Shown: piece by piece, positions 38,379 to 46,685 of the stretch | Numbering within the stretch: position 1 is the first letter of the stretch | Layout of the letters: every line of letters starts with the position of its first letter | From: Desulfobacteraceae bacterium | GTDB taxonomy: Bacteria; Desulfobacterota; Desulfobacteria; Desulfobacterales; ETH-SRB1 | DNA length: 51,764 nt | Assembly: GCA_014237365.1 (NCBI GenBank) | Contig: JABZFQ010000263.1 | Span: forward strand, 1-51,764 | Direction: 5' to 3' | Program-made: the position numbers and the translations under genes | The notes under the pieces: model-generated | The model's input: the letters and a program-made list of their open reading frames with translations, nothing else | Told to the model about the DNA's origin: nothing | Databases searched by the model: none

Positions 38379-39176
38379 TTGCGTATTATAATAACTGCTA
38401 CAAGTGAACAGCCATCTTTTTTCCCATACAATTATCAGTACGCGGTACATTCAGCTATATACTCTCTAATGAATGAGTCTTCGGCTGAATATTCAGAATT
38501 TTTACATGATAATGGTTATATAAAAGATGGAATTAATAAAAAATTCAAATTTTTCACCTTCTCGAAACTTAAATTTTTTCCAAAAAAAAGAGATAGAAAA
38601 GGTTTTTATAATGTGAAAAAGATTCAGTTTGTATTTACTTCTTCTATGGATGAAAGCCTCAAACATTTAATATTAGGCATTTTTTCCAATCAAAAAATTA
38701 AATTAATATTAAATGGGCAAAAATGTGTTTTTACTATAGTTAATGTAGATATACAACCGGAACCAATCTTTAGCAATCGTGAAAAATTTATTTGTCTCTC
38801 ACCAATAGCTGTTACAACAATAAAGATCGACGAAAATGGGAAACGGAAGCAGCATTTCCTGAATTATATGATCCCAGAAGAAAGAGATCGTTTTGTTGAT
38901 AATCTTAAAAAAAATCTGATCAGGAAGTATGAAACGATTAATAATATTAAATATCAAAATTTAAACGATCACTTTAACTTTAATTTCGATATTTATTACA
39001 TAACAAAACGAAAAGGTAATATTTCAAAGTTAATGGAGTTTAAAAATAGAATTAAAATAAAAGCTATGGAGGCTCCTTTCAGCATTGAAGCTGATTCGGA
39101 ATTAATAAAGCTCGGTTACGAATGTGGCTGGGGTGAAAAAAATAGCGCTGGTTTTGGTTGTGTTGAACAAATTTAA
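38379..39176 (+). CDS. cas6: Cas6 crRNA endoribonuclease
   Basis: TTG start after GAGGA. The N-terminal PYNYQYAVHSAIY motif and the C-terminal Gly-rich loop GWGEKNSAGFGCV are typical of Cas6. Confidence 0.8.
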   Translation: MRIIITATSEQPSFFPYNYQYAVHSAIYSLMNESSAEYSEFLHDNGYIKDGINKKFKFFTFSKLKFFPKKRDRKGFYNVKKIQFVFTSSMDESLKHLILGIFSNQKIKLILNGQKCVFTIVNVDIQPEPIFSNREKFICLSPIAVTTIKIDENGKRKQHFLNYMIPEERDRFVDNLKKNLIRKYETINNIKYQNLNDHFNFNFDIYYITKRKGNISKLMEFKNRIKIKAMEAPFSIEADSELIKLGYECGWGEKNSAGFGCVEQI

Positions 39177-39730
39177 ATATCTTGGCCTGAATATAAAAAT
39201 TTGTTTTTTGATCAACAATAAATATTTTTTTGATCAATCAATATCAATTTAATTATATGATTGCAAAAAACAAATACGTATTCAATTCCCTTTCGACAAA
39301 ACAAAGCCACCCTTTTTGTTAAAGGTAAAATATAACAAAAGGTAACAATTATTATGGAAAGAATTATTAAAAAAATATAAATCAAGAGCAAAGAGATTTT
39401 TTAAAGGCTCTTGCTGATAAAGAAATTGAAATATTTACATTTTCAGACACAGAACGAAAAACAGGGGAATTATCCATCCTTATTCTGATATTTTATATAT
39501 TTTATCAAGCCATTTTGTTTTATTAGCAATTGTTAAATTTGGCAGCCAGAGCCTGTAAGCTCTGTTCTATTGGCGGGATGAGATAATTCCGTATTCTTGT
39601 TTGGAGACAAGTTTTGTTCGTTGATTTTAAGGAAGCATTTGACAACACTATCAGCAATTTTGAGGGTTAATTGTCCGATATGTTTTAGTTTTGTCTTAAC
39701 GTGTGATTGGCCGGAGGGAGAGAATTAATT

Positions 39731-40279
39731 ATGGAAAATGAAGTAAAACAACAAGAGCAGATAAAACTGCCACAGGAGTTTCAGTCTCTTATCGCCGGTT
39801 TTTTTCCTAACACAAAATATTTTGACAGCCGGTTTGATCTTTTACAGGTTCAAATTGATGAATCAAGAAGAAACCAGGAACAGATCAAGGATCAGCTTAG
39901 GGATTTTAAGGGCGATACTGATAAGCGCTTTGAGCAGGCCAAAGATCAGCTTAAGGATTTTAAGGGCGATGCTGATAAGCGCTTTGAGCAGGTGGATAAG
40001 CATTTTGAGCAGGTGGATAAGCGTTTTGAGCAGGTGGATAAGCGTTTTGAGCAGATGGATAAGCGTTTTGAGCAGGTGGATAAGCGTTTTGAGCAGGTGG
40101 ATCACAGGTTTCAGCGGCTTGAAGACAAAATAGACAATCTCATTGAACGTATTGATGTTAAGGTTGATAGCGGCTTAAAAGAAAACCGGAATCTGACTGT
40201 AAGACTTTTTACCTTTGCCCTCTCTTTTTCTCTTGTTGCTGTAGTTGGGATGTTTGGAAAACTTTTTGGGTTGTTTTAG
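39731..40279 (+). CDS. Tail-anchored coiled-coil protein with DKRFEQV heptad tandem repeats
   Basis: Two 18-aa repeats (KDQL[RK]DFKGD[TA]DKRFEQ[AV]). Six to seven DKRFEQV heptads. C-terminal hydrophobic helix LFTFALSFSLVAVVGMFGKLFGLF. Confidence 0.7.
   Translation: MENEVKQQEQIKLPQEFQSLIAGFFPNTKYFDSRFDLLQVQIDESRRNQEQIKDQLRDFKGDTDKRFEQAKDQLKDFKGDADKRFEQVDKHFEQVDKRFEQVDKRFEQMDKRFEQVDKRFEQVDHRFQRLEDKIDNLIERIDVKVDSGLKENRNLTVRLFTFALSFSLVAVVGMFGKLFGLF
39887..40120 (+). repeat. In-frame tandem repeats: 2 x 54 bp then 6-7 x 21 bp
   Basis: 21-bp units GATAAGCGTTTTGAGCAGGTG start at 39974, 39995, 40016, 40037, 40058 and 40079, with a degenerate unit at 40100. Confidence 0.9.
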
Positions 40280-40306
40280 GCGCTGGTAGGAAAAAATTAT
40301 TAGTTA

Positions 40307-40419
40307 GGAACGTGGACGAAATAACTTCCCCAAGTAGGCGCACAGATTTGGGTCGAATTTGTTTGATCTCAGATCACAAAAGTTGATGGAATAGCTTACC
40401 TATTTCAATATTTTTGGGA
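40307..40419 (+). mobile_element. MITE-A copy 10, truncated after ~113 bp
   Basis: TTA then GGAACGTGGACGAAATAACTTCCCCAAGTAGGCGCACAG... through ...CAATATTTTTGGGA. Confidence 0.85.
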
Positions 40420-40486
40420 GTCTTGTTCATTGATTTTAAGGAAGCATTTGACAACACTACCCGTATTTTTGAAGGAAATAGCTGAT

Positions 40487-41710
40487 ATGGACAAAATAGA
40501 ACTTTTAAAACTTATTAACAAAGGCGAATCCAGCTTTGTGGAATTCAAAGCAGATACACCGGATATTAAAGCGGAAACAATTGGGGAGTATGTTGTCTGT
40601 TTTGCAAATTCAAAGGGCGGAAAAATTCTGCTCGGCGTCGAAGATGACGGAACAATAACAGGACTGAAAGGCAGGTTTTCCGAATACGGTAAATGGATAT
40701 CAGACGCTGTTCAGGGCTGGGCACATCCAAATATTATTGTTGATTATGAGGAGGTGCCTGTAGAAGAAGATTTGCGGGTTGCCGTGATTACTGTGCCGAT
40801 GAGTGTCGCCAAGCCGTATTCCAAACGCAAGGGGAAGGATGCAAAGGAGCGTTACTATATTCGCGATGTCACCAGTTGTCGGGAAACAGATAGAGAAGAA
40901 CTAAGGCGTTTATTTCAAAGCTCAGGGATGATTCATTTTGAGGTGACGCCTGTGCCAAGGTCAAAACCGGAAGATTTGAATGAAACGCTGCTTGTGGAGT
41001 ATTTCAGGCGGGTCAGAGATATCGGTTATGACGATAAGCCAAAATGGCTTCGGCTTTTAATTGACAATCAGATACTTTCTGAAGAACTTGGTGCTGTTAA
41101 TTGTACTCTGGCAGGGCTTATTTTATTCGGCAAAAAGGATAGAGTTAAAAAATTAATTCCTCAAAGCGGTATTAGTGCTGTAGAATATGACTCTCCTGAT
41201 GCGGATGTGGCGGGTCGTTTTCGCAAAGAAATCAATGGACCCCTGATTTCGTTGCGTGAAAACTCGGGAGTTATTGCTGAAGAAGGCATAATTGACCAGG
41301 CTGTAAATTTCGTTTTAAGGGTACGGTCAAAAGAAAAAATTGAAGGTACAAGACGCGTGACTGAATATGCTTATCCCCCTGAGGTTCTGCGTGAAGCCAT
41401 TGTTAATGCCGTTGCCCACAGAGATTATACCATCGGTGGAACAAATATCGGCCTTTGGCTCTATCCTGACCGGTTTGAAATCGATAGTCCGGGCAATCTT
41501 CCAAACACTATCACAATAGAACGGATGAAAAGCGGCGCCCGCTATCACCGCAATCAAACGATTGTTGATTACCTGCGCGACATGAATTTTATCGAAGGCA
41601 GTGGCAGGGGTGTATCACGCAAAATCATCCGCGGTATGATTGAGCATAATGGCAAAGAGCCGGACTTTGAGCTAAGGGGCGAAGCATTAAGAGTTACTTT
41701 ATATGCTTAA
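40487..41710 (+). CDS. AlbA_2 (Schlafen-type) plus HATPase_c_4 domain protein (RecG-like putative DNA-binding regulator)
   Basis: Start MDKIELLKLINKGESSFVEFK, ...CFANSKGGKILLGVEDDGTITG (AlbA_2 signature). C-terminal EAIVNAVAHRDY...EIDSPGNLP...RNQTIVDYL (HATPase_c_4-like). Confidence 0.7.
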   Translation: MDKIELLKLINKGESSFVEFKADTPDIKAETIGEYVVCFANSKGGKILLGVEDDGTITGLKGRFSEYGKWISDAVQGWAHPNIIVDYEEVPVEEDLRVAVITVPMSVAKPYSKRKGKDAKERYYIRDVTSCRETDREELRRLFQSSGMIHFEVTPVPRSKPEDLNETLLVEYFRRVRDIGYDDKPKWLRLLIDNQILSEELGAVNCTLAGLILFGKKDRVKKLIPQSGISAVEYDSPDADVAGRFRKEINGPLISLRENSGVIAEEGIIDQAVNFVLRVRSKEKIEGTRRVTEYAYPPEVLREAIVNAVAHRDYTIGGTNIGLWLYPDRFEIDSPGNLPNTITIERMKSGARYHRNQTIVDYLRDMNFIEGSGRGVSRKIIRGMIEHNGKEPDFELRGEALRVTLYA

Positions 41711-41717
41711 AAATATT

Positions 41718-41950
41718 GTAACCGTTCACGGTTGTTGGTTCACAGTTCACAGTTTTTTCAATGAACTATGCAATGATTGAAGCATTTGCCTGGTTCCCAT
41801 GCTCCTGCGTGGGAACCCTCGCAGTATGCATTCCCACGCAGGAGCTATGGGAACGAAAAAGAAGATTCCCTGCACAGCACAGGCTACGGGCAATGCGCTC
41901 GCTATTGCGGTTCAACCGTGAACCGATAACTGTAAACCGTGAACGGTTAC
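41718..41950. repeat. Composite palindromic element: heptamer-repeat outer arms plus an inner 22-bp inverted repeat
   Basis: Outer arms gtaaccgttcacggttgttggttcacagttcacagtt / ggttcaaccgtgaaccgataactgtaaaccgtgaacggttac. Inner TTCCCATGCTCCTGCGTGGGAA (41794-41815) faces TTCCCACGCAGGAGCTATGGGAA (41831-41853). Confidence 0.8.
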
Positions 41951-41973
41951 AAAATATTTATGGACATTAGGTT

Positions 41974-42468
41974 ATGCAAAACCTGAATTTTACCGGCACC
42001 CAGATAAACTACTATTTTGTATGTCATCGCAAACTCTGGCTGTTTACAAAAGATATAAGATTTGAGGACGAAAACGAATATGTGCAATTGGGGCGGCTCA
42101 TTGATGAAAATACCTATAAGCGGAATAAAAAGCAGATTGAGATCGGCAAAATTAAAATTGATTTCATTGATAACAATGGCGTGATCCATGAAATTAAAAA
42201 ATCGAATAAAATTGAAAAGGCCCATATTCACCAGGTGAAATATTACATCCTTACATTAAAGAGAATGGGAGTTGAAAATATCACAGGTGAAATTGATTAT
42301 CCAAAACTGAAGAAAAGGGAAACGGTATTGCTGACGCCTGAGGATGAAAAGGAATTCGAAAAGATTTTTTCAGATATTCGGGAAATTCTGGATAAACCAA
42401 AACCGCCTGCTATAATTAAAAAAACTATATGCAAGAAATGTGCTTACTTTGAATTCTGCTTTGCATAA
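41974..42468 (+). CDS. cas4: Cas4 (RecB-like exonuclease with Fe-S Cys cluster)
   Basis: 164 aa. N-terminal YYFVCHRKLW and C-terminal CKKCAYFEFC cysteines. DxK-type core (IDF...HEIKKS). Confidence 0.85.
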   Translation: MQNLNFTGTQINYYFVCHRKLWLFTKDIRFEDENEYVQLGRLIDENTYKRNKKQIEIGKIKIDFIDNNGVIHEIKKSNKIEKAHIHQVKYYILTLKRMGVENITGEIDYPKLKKRETVLLTPEDEKEFEKIFSDIREILDKPKPPAIIKKTICKKCAYFEFCFA

Positions 42469-42485
42469 CCTGTATAAGGAATAAC

Positions 42486-43475
42486 ATGAAACAATCTTTA
42501 TATCTTTTTTCAAATTGTACGATTAAAAGGAAAGACAACACCCTGATGTTTGATATCGACGGAACAAAAAAATTCCGTCCTGTTGAAGCGGTTTCTGATA
42601 TTTTTCTTTTTGGTGAACATACCCTTAATACAAAGTTGCTGAATTTTTTGGGACAGCAGAAAATTCCTGTTCACATATTTAATTATTACGGATTTTACTC
42701 TGGTTCTTTTTTCCCAAGAGAACAATATCTTTCGGGACATGTCACAATCAGCCAGGCAAAGCATTATCTTGATAAGAAAAAAAGAATGCTTTTAGCCTAT
42801 GAATTTTTGAATGCAGCAGCTTCAAACATTCTTACAAACCTGACATATTACAATAACAGAGGAAGGAATGTCGGTGAAAAGATTCTGCAGGTAAAAGAAT
42901 TGAAAAAATCATTAAAAGCAGCAGATTCAATCTCATATTTAATGGGCATCGAAGGAAATATCAGGGAGTTGTATTATTCTGCTTTTAACGAAATTGTTCA
43001 AAATAAAATCGAATTTGAAAAACGTGTTAAAAGACCTCCTGACAATTTTATCAATTCACTGATTTCCTTTGGTAATTCCCTTATTTACACATCAATTCTG
43101 TCTGAAATTTACAGAACCCAGCTTAATCCTACTGTCAGTTTTCTCCATGAACCAGGATACAGGCGTTATTCCCTCGCGCTTGATATATCGGAAATTTTCA
43201 AACCTATCATCCTTGACAGAATGATCTTCACCATGATCAATAAAAATGAGTTGACTGAAAAAGATACGGAAAAAGACCTTAACTACTGCTATTTGAAAGA
43301 TAAAGGCAGGAAGAACTTTTTAAGAAAATATGATGAAAGGCTGAAAACAACTGTTAAACATAAAAATCTTAATCGGCATGTTTCTTACAAAAGACTTATC
43401 CGGCTTGAGTGTTATAAAATCGTTAAACATATTATTGGTGAAGAAAAATACACAGGGTTTAAGATGTGGTGGTAA
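42486..43475 (+). CDS. cas1: Cas1 integrase
   Basis: 329 aa with a typical I-B-like Cas1 layout (two-domain, ...GIEGN...LNPTVSFLHEPG...SLALDISEIFKP). Confidence 0.9.
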   Translation: MKQSLYLFSNCTIKRKDNTLMFDIDGTKKFRPVEAVSDIFLFGEHTLNTKLLNFLGQQKIPVHIFNYYGFYSGSFFPREQYLSGHVTISQAKHYLDKKKRMLLAYEFLNAAASNILTNLTYYNNRGRNVGEKILQVKELKKSLKAADSISYLMGIEGNIRELYYSAFNEIVQNKIEFEKRVKRPPDNFINSLISFGNSLIYTSILSEIYRTQLNPTVSFLHEPGYRRYSLALDISEIFKPIILDRMIFTMINKNELTEKDTEKDLNYCYLKDKGRKNFLRKYDERLKTTVKHKNLNRHVSYKRLIRLECYKIVKHIIGEEKYTGFKMWW

Positions 43476-43477
43476 TC

Positions 43478-43759
43478 ATGTATGTGATCGCAATGTACGA
43501 CATAAATACGGAAACAAAGGCTGGCAGGAGGAGGTTAAGGCAAATTTTTAAATTAATGAAAAAATATCTTATCCGAATTCAGAATTCTGTCTTTGAAGGA
43601 GAAATTACCAAAGCCAAATTTGAAGAAATGAAGTTAAAAGTTAACGATCTTATTGATAATACTATTGATTCAGTTATATTTTTCAAAAGTCGTGACATTA
43701 AATGGATGGATAAAGACATATGCGGCTTTGAAAAAGATGATACTGATAACTTTTTATGA
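43478..43759 (+). CDS. cas2: Cas2
   Basis: MYVIAMYDI...RIQNSVFEGEIT ferredoxin-like Cas2 pattern. The tracked ORF begins at GTG 43466, overlapping the cas1 stop. Confidence 0.88.
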   Translation: MYVIAMYDINTETKAGRRRLRQIFKLMKKYLIRIQNSVFEGEITKAKFEEMKLKVNDLIDNTIDSVIFFKSRDIKWMDKDICGFEKDDTDNFL

Positions 43760-43889
43760 AATATCTGCTCTTTGACAATTTGTAAAAAAACCGTCAATCT
43801 CCCTATGATTTTACATCATTGCAGGTTGACGGAAAAAACAGTTTGATTTATTAATGTAACTTATTATTTTTATATTATTTATTGGATGG
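43760..43889 (+). promoter_or_regulatory. CRISPR leader (AT-rich)
   Basis: 130 bp between the cas2 stop and the first repeat. Contains the inverted repeat ccgtcaa...ttgacgg and an A/T-rich repeat-proximal stretch. The degenerate repeat is at the opposite end of the array. Confidence 0.65.
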
Positions 43890-46685
43890 CTTTTAATCAG
43901 ACCAGAATGGAATTGAAACGAAAATTAATTTCAAGACTAAGTTCATTTGGCATCCGCTTTTAATCAGACCAGAATGGAATTGAAACTATAGTTTGTGCGA
44001 GCTGGATGAGAAATCAAAAGTCTTTTAATCAGACCAGAATGGAATTGAAACAATTTTATTTTGTATTGTTTTTTTTGTACGGTTAACTTTTAATCAGACC
44101 AGAATGGAATTGAAACATAATCAAGTCGATGTTCAGGAAGGTCATGTTGCCCCTTTTAATCAGACCAGAATGGAATTGAAACCCGATATGACGAGAACAA
44201 AGAAGCATTACATAGCGACTTTTAATCAGACCAGAATGGAATTGAAACATCACACAAAAATACCAGCCTGCAATTCGATCCAGCTTTTAATCAGACCAGA
44301 ATGGAATTGAAACGGCGGAGAATCCTTCCGATCAAACTGGGGCGGGGATCTTTTAATCAGACCAGAATGGAATTGAAACAAAATATAGAGCCAGATATCT
44401 GTCTGAATTTAAACTCTTTTAATCAGACCAGAATGGAATTGAAACTGATTTATTGCCGGCCTCCATTTCTGCATTAAGCTCCTTTTAATCAGACCAGAAT
44501 GGAATTGAAACCTGGGAACGGCAAATAAGAACGCCGTACACAGAGCTCTTTTAATCAGACCAGAATGGAATTGAAACTTATCTGCATCATCTCGAATCCT
44601 ATTATGCTTTATGCTTTTAATCAGACCAGAATGGAATTGAAACTCTTGTGTCCCAGTGGAAAACTGCTGCTTCGCCTGTCTTTTAATCAGACCAGAATGG
44701 AATTGAAACGATGAATTTTTTTATATCCTGCTTTTCTTCTTCATCCTTTTAATCAGACCAGAATGGAATTGAAACCACGTTTAGCGGGGTATACAGGTAC
44801 AGACAGAACGTCTTTTAATCAGACCAGAATGGAATTGAAACGTGTTCGACTTCCCAGACTTGTTTCAGTTCAGTGTGCTTTTAATCAGACCAGAATGGAA
44901 TTGAAACTCGAGCTCCCTTTGTCCTCACGATTGGCGCTCCCACTTTTAATCAGACCAGAATGGAATTGAAACGCTGGCACTCCTTGCAGTCGCTCTCGAA
45001 GAGCGTGCCTTTTAATCAGACCAGAATGGAATTGAAACCGCTCACTGTAAAGATTTCCGACACTGTCAGCGTTGCTTTTAATCAGACCAGAATGGAATTG
45101 AAACTCGAGCTCAAAAATGGTAAAGGTGCCTGGACTCTGACTTTTAATCAGACCAGAATGGAATTGAAACTTGGTCCATTAATAATAGGCGTAGCTTTTT
45201 TAGCATCTTTTAATCAGACCAGAATGGAATTGAAACTCGAAAGCACCCCCTGACACAATCATTTCGCTAATTCTTTTAATCAGACCAGAATGGAATTGAA
45301 ACAAATGGTGCTCCCGTTCGAGCTTGATATCCCTGCCCCTTTTAATCAGACCAGAATGGAATTGAAACACCCATTTATTCTTTTCAGAAGATTCAGAAGA
45401 TAACTTTTAATCAGACCAGAATGGAATTGAAACAAACCCGCCAGCGCCGGCAAGGGAAAACAACAAACACTTTTAATCAGACCAGAATGGAATTGAAACA
45501 GAGATCGCTTCTGAGGGCTTTTCTTTCTTTTCGACTTTTAATCAGACCAGAATGGAATTGAAACTATCCCATGGCTTTTTCACTAACGACAAAGCCTGAC
45601 TTTTAATCAGACCAGAATGGAATTGAAACATCGCAAATGACGCAGCTATGATTATTTGCGCTCTCCTTTTAATCAGACCAGAATGGAATTGAAACAGGCT
45701 AAACGAAACACGGATCCAGTTTGGTTACGGCTTTTAATCAGACCAGAATGGAATTGAAACGCATTTCGACACCCCATGTCGGTTTTCTTTACACCTCCTT
45801 TTAATCAGACCAGAATGGAATTGAAACCGGCCTTGTTTTACGCAGGCTCTCGTTAGGAGCTCGCTTTTAATCAGACCAGAATGGAATTGAAACCCGTGAA
45901 AATGACGCTTTCCCCCTCCTCTGAGTACTCTTTTAATCAGACCAGAATGGAATTGAAACGTCGCTCGTAATAAGCCCGCTCGTCTGCACACCATTCTTTT
46001 AATCAGACCAGAATGGAATTGAAACTTTTTTGTCTCCTTTTTTAGGTTGTTTTTTATCTGCTTTTAATCAGACCAGAATGGAATTGAAACTAGCTGTGAG
46101 TTTATTGTAGCTGTTTTATTGAGCGCCTTTTAATCAGACCAGAATGGAATTGAAACCGACGACTCTATGAGCGACTAACAGATCGCAAATTACTTTTAAT
46201 CAGACCAGAATGGAATTGAAACCAAATTGTCAGCGAATTGTGGCTGATAATCATTAAACTTTTAATCAGACCAGAATGGAATTGAAACCGTTAAACCTAA
46301 CTGCCTGGTTTTAATGATGATCAGCTTTTAATCAGACCAGAATGGAATTGAAACAGCTCGGTCGCCTTGGATAGATCAAGTTGTGCCTGACTTTTAATCA
46401 GACCAGAATGGAATTGAAACAGGAACGCAAATAGTATAAAATCGAGGTATTTACCTTCTTTTAATCAGACCAGAATGGAATTGAAACTTAGCCCAAAGCT
46501 GAAAGTGGCTACAAGTGGAGGAGCTTTTAATCAGACCAGAATGGAATTGAAACAACCTTCTTCTGTGATCCTGAGATACCCTCGAACATCTTTTAATCAG
46601 ACCAGAATGGAATTGAAACCGGGGAACGACCTCGGCAGGTATTGGCGTTTGGACGCTTTTAATCAGGCCAGAATGGAAGAGCATA
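43890..46685 (+). CRISPR. CRISPR array: 43 repeats of 30 bp (CTTTTAATCAGACCAGAATGGAATTGAAAC), 42 spacers of 35-37 bp
   Basis: Each repeat start was located by hand (43890, 43957, 44022 ... 46590). The terminal repeat at 46656 is degenerate (CTTTTAATCAGGCCAGAATGGAAGAGCATA). The repeat ends in ATTGAAAC, the classical Cas6-generated 8-nt handle. Confidence 0.97.

Noticed and set aside
39278-39307. Solitary degenerate CRISPR repeat in reverse orientation (contains TTCAATTCC)
   Set aside because: Only a 9-mer plus scattered positions match the reverse complement of the repeat. This is consistent with chance in AT-rich DNA.
39822-40133. Alternative-frame and antisense ORFs over the 21-bp tandem repeats (39822-40133 plus strand, 39863-40105 minus strand)
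   Set aside because: These are periodic low-complexity translations (SRWISVL..., LIHLLKT...) produced by the repeat in wrong frames. The DKRFEQV frame has a ribosome-binding site, a start and a C-terminal membrane anchor.
41761-41970. 69-aa ORF between the AlbA_2 gene and cas4
   Set aside because: It lies entirely within the composite palindromic repeat. Its sequence (WFPCSCVGT...IPTQELWER) is the translation of the inverted-repeat arms. It has no ribosome-binding site.
32715-46684. CRISPR-associated transposon (Tn7-like) or integrase-borne island
   Set aside because: No tnsA/B/C, tniQ, tyrosine/serine recombinase or other transposase ORF is present inside the repeat-bounded island. The Cas3 has intact HD and helicase motifs, unlike typical transposon-associated interference-deficient systems.
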